This document shows, one piece after another, positions 1-4,026 of a stretch of 4,026 nt of DNA. This DNA comes from a virus. Lineage: Duplodnaviria; Heunggongvirae; Uroviricota; Caudoviricetes. The notes under the pieces were generated by a model, which was not told the DNA's origin, made no database searches, and saw only the letters and a program-made list of their open reading frames with translations. The stretch lies in the IMG/VR virus record IMGVR_UViG_2698536418_000015. The stretch is one strand, 5' to 3'. The position numbers and the translations under genes are program-made. Each line of letters opens with the position of its first letter. Positions within the stretch are counted from its first letter, which is position 1.

Positions 1-89
1 CCATCTTTCTGGACAGACACCACCCGTTTACCGGTTAATAAATCAAGGCGCGCCTGACGCAGCGCCTGCAGTTCAGCGACTGTAACCAT
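1..89 (-). CDS. W: Head-tail joining protein gpW-like, N-terminal part only; the gene continues past the window start
   Basis: Minus-strand ATG at 87..89 follows GGAGGAG (revcomp of about 93..99). Translation MVTVAELQALRQARLDLLTGKRVVSVQKDG matches the remembered start of lambda gpW (…LMTGKRVATVQKDG…). Sits immediately downstream of the terminase large subunit, as in lambda (Nu1-A-W), and overlaps its 3' end by 17 nt. Confidence 0.85.
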   Translation of the reverse strand, partial: MVTVAELQALRQARLDLLTGKRVVSVQKD

Positions 90-1943
90 TCACTCCTCCG
101 GACAGCTTCGCTGCCAGTTCTTTCAGGGTTGGCCGGGTCGTCTCTTCTTCCCGGGATTTTGCCAGTACAGCCAGATCAAGCTGCCAGCGTTGCACGGACA
201 CACGTAATGCCGCGTAGGCATACACCAGGCAGTCCAGCGCTTCGTTACGCCGCTTTTTGTTATCCCACAGCAGACGCATCTTTCCTTTTTCCCACTTCTC
301 CACCAGCTCTTCCGCCACCAGTTGCTGCGCCTCTGTCTGCGAAAAAATCTCCGGATCATCAGGAAAACGGATGGCATACGACGTGGCTTCATCCGCAGGC
401 GTGGGATCGGCTTTCATACGGGCATAGAGAATTTCTTTTGCGGTATCCGTTCCCACTTCACACAGATACACGCCCCGCTGATTGCGGGTTTTTGGCATGG
501 TGATCACCGGCTTGCCATAGACAGATGCGCCTTTTACCGGCAGCACCCGGAAAACACCGTGTTTTTTTGATCTCTGATAAACAATTTCACCATCGATCCC
601 CCCGGTGTCCCAGCAGACACGGGAAATAGTCATTTCGGTGCCATCCGCATGGCGGTATTTTTTGTTGATCGCCGCATCCACACGTAACAGCGTCTCTTCC
701 TCATCAGGACGCCCCATAATGATGATTTTATCCACCAGAAAGGCTTCCTCTCCCGGAGCCCATCCCCAGACATACATCTCAAAACGGTTTCGCTGCGAGT
801 CAATGCCCGCCGTCAGATAAACCACCCGGGCAGGCACCGCCGCCGTGTAACGCACCACCTTATCCATCAGTACCTGGTGATCGAGTTTTTCGCCCACGGC
901 CTCTTCCCAGGTCTCGCCCAGCGTGGTGTTCACAAAGGTTTTCAGGCCGTTGGGATCTTTCAGTGCATCCAGCCAGTCATAGACAATCTGTACCCAGGTG
1001 GTGAACGGACTGTACGCCGTCCAGATATGGAACGTGATGGAGCGCGGCGGCGGAATTTCATCACCCCGGGCGCTGAAAAACGTCAGACCGTCACGGGTCC
1101 ACATGCCCGTGTTTTCACAGATCCACCGCCCGTTGCTCTGGTCAAGCTCAGACTGATGGATCACGCAGCCATGATGTTCACAGAGGTAGAAAACACTTTC
1201 AGGGCTGTCCTTCTCCCATTTAAGCCCAAAAGGCGTGGACTCATCGCCAAATTTCAGATACTGCTCCTCCCCACAGTGCGGGCAGGGCACATAAAAACGC
1301 ATAAAATGCGCCGACTCGTTAGCGGCTTTTTCGATCTGGCAGGTGCCTTTGATTTTAGGCGTCGAGCCGCGAATGGATTTTGGCCACACCGACCCCTCAA
1401 TACGCTTATCCCCCAGCAGGGTTGGCGAGCCCTCTTTTTCGACATCCGGCTCGAACGAGGAAAGTTCGTCATAGCAGACCACGTCCACGGATTTTTCACG
1501 GTAGTTTTTGGCGGCAGCGCCGCCCNNNNNNNNCCCAGCCATGGGGAAAGGTCTTTCAGGCATGGCACGTTCCGAATCGTCGCCTCCACGTGAGACTTCA
1601 TAAAATCTTCAGCGGCAGAATCCGTGGGCTGAAAAAGCAGACTGTTTCGGGATTTATGCTCAATAAAATACCCGACCACCCCCAGCAACATCTTTGTATA
1701 GCCAACACGGGCAGATTTAATCAGGTTAACCGTGCGAACCTGGTCGTTACCCATACAGTTCATAATGGCGATCTGGAATGGCAGCGTTTTCCATTCTCCC
1801 TCACCATATGAAGATTCTTTAGGCAGATAATAATTTTGATCAGCCCATTCAACTGCCGTCATTGGTACAACCCTGACCAGAGGCTGCAGCGCAACCGAAA
1901 CGGCAGCCATCATATTATTCAGTTGTTGCTCTGATATATTCAT
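73..1943 (-). CDS. A: Terminase large subunit (lambda gpA family); reading frame interrupted by an 8-N gap at 1526..1533
   Basis: The N-terminal part (ORF 1254..2000, true ATG at 1941..1943 giving MNISEQQ…TAVEWADQNYYLPKESSYGEGEWKTLPFQ…SARVGYTKMLLGV…FIEHK) and the C-terminal part (ORF 73..1563: GGAAAKNYREKSVDV…FLGDKRIEGSVWPKSIRGSTPK…CPHCGEEQYLKFG…FHIWTAYSPFTTWVQIV…FVNTTLGETWE…YLTAGIDSQ…WGWAPGEE…RVCWDTGGID…SKKHG…KGASVYGKP…WDNKKRRNEALDC…) are colinear with lambda gpA as remembered. The two parts are in different frames only because of the N run. Stop TGA at 73..75. Confidence 0.95.
1526..1533. other. Run of 8 ambiguous bases (assembly or masking gap) inside the terminase large subunit gene
   Basis: Literal nnnnnnnn in the sequence. 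Flanking codons give …LKDLSPWL on one side and GGAAAKNY… on the other. Remembered lambda gpA has about 20-25 residues between these two motifs, so the gap probably stands for roughly 60-70 nt of unresolved sequence. Confidence 0.9.
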
Positions 1944-2424
1944 CGAGTAAATCCGGTAATTTATCCCCTGCCCGCGCACACTGATTTGCCCCCTTCGCAA
2001 TAAGGGTTTTCAGATGGTCAAGATGGCGCGGTGTTAAATCAGGAAACTGTCGCTGCATGGATAAAGGGATGGAATCAAGCGTACTGGATAACGCCATTGC
2101 CAGCTTACTGAGGGCAAAAATACAGAACCCGGTGTCAATAAGTTTTCCTTTTGACACCTCATTTTTTAACTGCTGTGTAACAGCCTGTTCTGCTGTCAGT
2201 TCCCATCTGGCAATAAGCAATTTCTCCTCATAGTCGTCTTCGCTATCGCCATCAGGCACATCGTTTTTACTTCTCCTCAGATACGATATGTAAAAATCGC
2301 GCCAGGCATCCAGATCCAGTTGCCCTCGCTTATTCGATATCGGGGCACCCGGCAATTTCTGCAATCTGCGAAGCTGGCGATCGGTCAGACTTAAATGCCT
2401 GGCAACTTCAGTCTGCGTAGCCAC
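1915..2424 (-). CDS. nu1: Terminase small subunit (Nu1-like), with a divergent N-terminal winged-HTH DNA-binding domain and a lambda-like C-terminal gpA-interaction region
   Basis: C-terminal half (TGFCIFALSKLAMALSSTLDSIPLSMQRQFPDLTPRHLDHLK…LPDLLDEYI) matches lambda Nu1 as remembered (TAFCTFVLSRIAGEIASILDGLPLSVQRRFPELENRHVDFLK…IPGLLSEYI). N-terminal roughly 60 aa (ATQTEVARHLSLTDRQLRRLQKLPGAPISNKRGQLDLDAWRDFYISYL) is HTH-like but unlike lambda. First codon is GTG (2422..2424) directly after an in-frame stop, with GAGGTGAGGA upstream. Start lies 196 nt from cosN (lambda 191) and the gene overlaps the gpA start by 29 nt, as in lambda. Confidence 0.9.
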   Translation of the reverse strand: MATQTEVARHLSLTDRQLRRLQKLPGAPISNKRGQLDLDAWRDFYISYLRRSKNDVPDGDSEDDYEEKLLIARWELTAEQAVTQQLKNEVSKGKLIDTGFCIFALSKLAMALSSTLDSIPLSMQRQFPDLTPRHLDHLKTLIAKGANQCARAGDKLPDLLDEYIRATTE

Positions 2425-2470
2425 TCCTCACCTCGCAAAAACTCTCACCTCACAATCACAACAAAACCGG

Positions 2471-2482
2471 TCATGTCCGGTT
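2471..2482 (+). repeat. cosB R-like element, copy nearest Nu1 (R1 position): TCATGTCCGGTT
   Basis: Exact 12-nt direct repeat of 2501..2512. Embedded in AACCGGtcatgtCCGGTT, which has local dyad symmetry. Lies about 138-149 nt from cosN, comparable to lambda R1. Confidence 0.6.
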
Positions 2483-2500
2483 TACATGTCTGTTTTTTGT

Positions 2501-2512
2501 TCATGTCCGGTT
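2501..2512 (+). repeat. cosB R-like element (R2 position): TCATGTCCGGTT
   Basis: Exact 12-nt direct repeat of 2471..2482, about 108-119 nt from cosN. Separated from the third copy by an AT-rich spacer. Confidence 0.6.
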
Positions 2513-2558
2513 CACAGAAGACCTGTTTTTATATTTTTCATATAGTTAACTTGAAGAG

Positions 2559-2570
2559 AAACCGGACATG
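2559..2570 (-). repeat. cosB R-like element (R3 position), inverted copy: plus strand AAACCGGACATG, revcomp CATGTCCGGTTT
   Basis: Reverse complement matches the 11-nt core of the other two copies. About 50-61 nt from cosN, comparable to lambda R3, and inverted relative to the R2-position copy across an AT-rich spacer, as with lambda R3/I1/R2. Confidence 0.6.
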
Positions 2571-2607
2571 GATCCCGGAAAATTTTCATAAATAGCGAAA
2601 ACCCGCG

Positions 2608-2619
2608 AGGTCGCCGCCC
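2608..2619 (-). other. cosN cohesive-end sequence; the minus strand reads GGGCGGCGACCT, the lambda 12-nt 5' overhang
   Basis: Plus strand 2608..2619 is aggtcgccgccc, the reverse complement of GGGCGGCGACCT. It is preceded in phage orientation by …CCGTTACG (plus 2620..2627), matching the lambda right terminus as remembered. Expected staggered nicks are between 2619/2620 on the minus strand and 2607/2608 on the plus strand. Confidence 0.9.
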
Positions 2620-2631
2620 CGTAACGGCCCG

Positions 2632-2650
2632 GATCGCCGGAAAGGACCCA
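2632..2650 (-). other. cosQ-like element (needed for cos cleavage at the end of packaging in lambda)
   Basis: Revcomp of about 2636..2650 is TGGGTCCTTTCCGGC, matching the GGGTCCTTTCCGG segment that sits at the same distance from cosN in the lambda right end, as remembered. Exact boundaries are uncertain. Confidence 0.5.
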
Positions 2651-2654
2651 CGAA

Positions 2655-2671
2655 ATGATAATGATTATCAT
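2655..2671. repeat. Perfect 8-bp inverted repeat with a 1-nt centre: ATGATAAT g ATTATCAT
   Basis: Read directly from the sequence. The same palindrome is present at the lambda right end as remembered. Function unknown; a possible protein-binding site. Confidence 0.7.
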
Positions 2672-2825
2672 CTATATAAGGTTTATCACAACATGTGTGT
2701 ACGCCATCAAACCACGAGAAATAATCAATTATGACGCAGGTATCGTATTGATTGATCTGCGTCAAATTAACGTAAAAGCAACTTCAGATAATACAAATCA
2801 GCAACACTGAATATGGGGAAACATT

Positions 2826-3059
2826 ATGTCATCAAAGAACAGAACCCGCAGAACAACAACCCGCAACATCCGATTTCCAAACCAGATGATTGAACAAATT
2901 AACATCGCTCTTGTTCAAAAAGGGTCCGGGAATTTCTCAGCCTGGGTCATTGAAGCCTGCCGCCGGAGACTGTGCTCAGTACAAAGAGTTTCGCCTGAAG
3001 CAAACAAAGAAAAGAGTGACATTACTGAATTGCTCAGAAAACAGGTCAGACCAGATTGA
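2826..3059 (+). CDS. Small ribbon-helix-helix-like DNA-binding protein (77 aa), homolog of the conserved lambda right-end ORF; possibly YlcI/DUF3950-like
   Basis: ATG at 2826 with GGGGA about 8 nt upstream. The N-terminal 50 aa (MSSKNRTRRTTTRNIRFPNQMIEQINIALVQKGSGNFSAWVIEACRRRL) are nearly identical to the remembered lambda right-end ORF (MSTKNRTRRTTTRNIRFPNQMIEQINIALEQKGSGNFSAWVIEACRRRL…). The pattern basic tail, RNIRFP strand and two helices is RHH-like. The C-terminal roughly 27 aa are unrelated to lambda. The YlcI/DUF3950 family assignment is from memory. Confidence 0.8.
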   Translation: MSSKNRTRRTTTRNIRFPNQMIEQINIALVQKGSGNFSAWVIEACRRRLCSVQRVSPEANKEKSDITELLRKQVRPD

Positions 3060-3116
3060 AGCAATTTAGATAATCGTGCAGACTACGCCCCCTCATATCA
3101 CATGGAAGGTACTACA

Positions 3117-3527
3117 ATGGCTCAGGTTGCCATTTTTAAACAAATATTCGATAAAGTGCGAAATAATTTAAACTATCACTGGTTTTATTCTGAACTAAAA
3201 CGTCACAATGTCTCACATTACATTTACTATTTAGCCACAGAGAATATTCATCTTGTTCTTGAAAACGATAATACGGTTTTAATAAAAGGACAGGGTAAGG
3301 TTGTAAATGTAAGATTTTCAAAAAATAAATGCCTTATAGAAGCCACCTTAAAAGGATTCAAATCAGGAGAGTTATCATTTTACGAATACAGGAAAAATCT
3401 TGCTACAGCAGGGGTTTTCAGATGGATTACAAATATCCACGAAAACAAAAGGTATTACTATACCTTTGATAATTCATTACTCTTTACTGAGAACATTCAG
3501 AACACTACACAAATATTTCCGCACTAA
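3117..3527 (+). CDS. AT-rich moron gene encoding a hypothetical 136-aa soluble protein; possibly DUF1398 (YbcV/YdfO-like), family assignment unverified
   Basis: The ORF is open from 3102, but the ATG at 3117 has a GGAAGG Shine-Dalgarno 7 nt upstream (3104..3109) and is the likelier start. About 30% GC (counted on 3121..3240) against about 58% in the terminase region. No obvious hydrophobic segment. Motifs HWFYSEL and RYYYTFDN. Inserted between the lysis cassette and cos, where lambdoid phages carry morons. Confidence 0.75.
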   Translation: MAQVAIFKQIFDKVRNNLNYHWFYSELKRHNVSHYIYYLATENIHLVLENDNTVLIKGQGKVVNVRFSKNKCLIEATLKGFKSGELSFYEYRKNLATAGVFRWITNIHENKRYYYTFDNSLLFTENIQNTTQIFPH

Positions 3528-3535
3528 ATCATAAC

Positions 3536-3564
3536 GTCCGGTTTCTTCCGTGCCAGAACCGGAC
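3536..3564. other. Hairpin: 8-bp perfect stem GTCCGGTT (3536..3543) / AACCGGAC (3557..3564) with a 13-nt loop, 9 nt after the moron stop codon
   Basis: Arms are exact reverse complements. No U-rich tract follows on the plus strand; on the minus strand it is followed by GUUAUGAUUUA. Could be an RNA stability or termination element in either direction, but it is not a canonical intrinsic terminator. Confidence 0.35.
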
Positions 3565-3834
3565 TCGCTGGCATGATGAAATATGTGTACCCGGTAACCC
3601 CGGTGTGCATCGTTTTTGATTATTCCCCCACACTTGTGCAGAAGGAGTTCCCCGTCAGGCTACAGTCATAATTAATGCAAGAGTACAGCGACGATACAGC
3701 GCACAGAAATAAATCAGGTATCCATTGACTTCACAAAGACGGTGCATAGCATCGACTGGAGTAATTGCGTAAATTGAACTCTTGGCACACTTTAGCCACC
3801 GGCGAATCTTCAGCGGATTATCCTTGGCCGGTTT

Positions 3835-4026
3835 TTATCTGAGGCATTGCTCTCGAATGTATAGCTGTGCCCCTTCAAGTTGTTTTTGCATTATTATCAG
3901 TCGCGCTCTGAGGGTGAAATAATCCCGTTCAGCGGTGTCTGCCAGTCGGGGGGAGGCTGCATTATCCACGCCGGAGGCGGTGGTGGCTTCACGCACTGAC
4001 TGACAGACTGCTTTGATGTGCAACCG
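3835..4026 (-). CDS. Rz: Spanin, inner-membrane subunit Rz (i-spanin), C-terminal part; the gene starts beyond the window end
   Basis: Minus-strand translation RLHIKAVCQSVREATTASGVDNAASPRLADTAERDYFTLRARLIIMQKQLEGAQLYIREQCLR matches the lambda Rz C-terminus as remembered (…RRLHIKAVCQSVREATTASGVDNAASPRLADTAERDYFTLRERLITMQKQLEGTQKYINEQCR). The frame runs open to position 4026. Stop at 3835..3837. Confidence 0.9.
   Translation of the reverse strand, partial: RLHIKAVCQSVREATTASGVDNAASPRLADTAERDYFTLRARLIIMQKQLEGAQLYIREQCLR
3897..4026 (-). CDS. Rz1: Spanin, outer-membrane lipoprotein subunit Rz1 (o-spanin), C-terminal part, embedded in the +1 frame of Rz
   Basis: The +1 frame within Rz reads …SQCVKPPPPPAWIMQPPPDWQTPLNGIISPSERD, then stop TGA (revcomp of 3897..3899). 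This matches the proline-rich C-terminus of lambda Rz1 as remembered. The start is outside the window. Confidence 0.85.
   Translation of the reverse strand, partial: GCTSKQSVSQCVKPPPPPAWIMQPPPDWQTPLNGIISPSERD

Larger units (their letters stand above)
2425..2607 (-). promoter_or_regulatory. cosB-like terminase small-subunit binding region (packaging initiation site) between cosN and the Nu1 start
   Basis: Same position as lambda cosB. Contains three copies of CATGTCCGGTT, one inverted relative to the other two, flanking an AT-rich segment (about 2513..2558) where lambda has its IHF site I1. The cosN-proximal 45 nt (about 2575..2619) are almost identical to the lambda left end as remembered (GGGCGGCGACCTCGCGGGTTTTCGCTATTTATGAAAATTTTCCGG). 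Confidence 0.8.

Noticed and set aside
123-1811. Alternative-frame ORFs on both strands inside the terminase large subunit gene (123..392 minus, 129..503 plus, 322..570 plus, 605..820 plus, 877..1593 plus, 1380..1811 plus)
   Set aside because: All lie wholly inside the well-supported gpA-like coding region, in other frames or on the other strand. Their translations are low-complexity and rich in R, P and A, as expected from frame-shifted reading of GC-rich coding DNA. None has a convincing ribosome-binding site.
73-2000. Reading the terminase large subunit as a frameshifted pseudogene
   Set aside because: The only break coincides exactly with the run of 8 N characters, and both flanks are conserved and open. 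An assembly or masking gap explains it better than a real mutation.
2513-2558. A specific IHF binding site in the AT-rich spacer between the R2-position and R3-position repeats
   Set aside because: The position matches lambda I1, but I found no clean match to the IHF consensus WATCAANNNNTTR on either strand by eye. Only a general AT-rich bendable segment can be claimed.
2395-2595. 66-aa plus-strand ORF spanning the cosB region
   Set aside because: It runs across the terminase-binding repeats and the AT-rich spacer of the cos site, overlaps the Nu1 start on the opposite strand, and has no ribosome-binding site. Its position matches non-coding cosB in lambda.
3102-3116. ATG at 3102 as the start of the moron ORF (141-aa form)
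   Set aside because: No purine-rich ribosome-binding site lies upstream of 3102, whereas GGAAGG sits at the ideal distance from the ATG at 3117. The longer form is not excluded.
3136-3321. 61-aa minus-strand ORF inside the AT-rich moron
   Set aside because: It is antisense to the better-supported 136-aa ORF. AT-rich DNA yields long chance ORFs on the opposite strand, and there is no Shine-Dalgarno.
1-4026. CRISPR arrays, tRNA, rRNA, integrase or att sites, and transposase or IS elements
   Set aside because: No regularly spaced repeat array, no tRNA-like or rRNA-like structure, and no ORF with recombinase or transposase features is visible. The only repeats are the cosB elements and short palindromes described above.

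Overview
This window is the packaging (cos) junction of a lambda-like (lambdoid) phage or prophage, most likely from an enterobacterial host. Phage orientation is the minus strand of the window. Reading the minus strand from 4026 down to 1: the 3' end of the lysis spanin gene Rz with embedded Rz1 (3835..4026, partial); about 300 bp with no ORF; two plus-strand genes transcribed antisense to the late operon, namely a strongly AT-rich moron ORF (3117..3527, roughly 30% GC against 55-58% elsewhere) and a small ribbon-helix-helix-like protein gene (2826..3059); a cosQ-like element, cosN with the lambda 12-nt cohesive-end sequence GGGCGGCGACCT (2608..2619), and a cosB-like region (2425..2607) carrying three copies of an 11-12 bp motif CATGTCCGGTT; then terminase small subunit (Nu1-like, 1915..2424, GTG start), terminase large subunit (gpA-like, 73..1943, broken by an 8-N gap at 1526..1533) and the start of gpW (1..89, partial). 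The most interesting parts are the AT-rich moron cassette beside cos and the apparent co-variation of the Nu1 N-terminal DNA-binding domain with non-lambda cosB repeats. All homology statements rest on reading the translations and on remembered lambda sequences; no searches were run.
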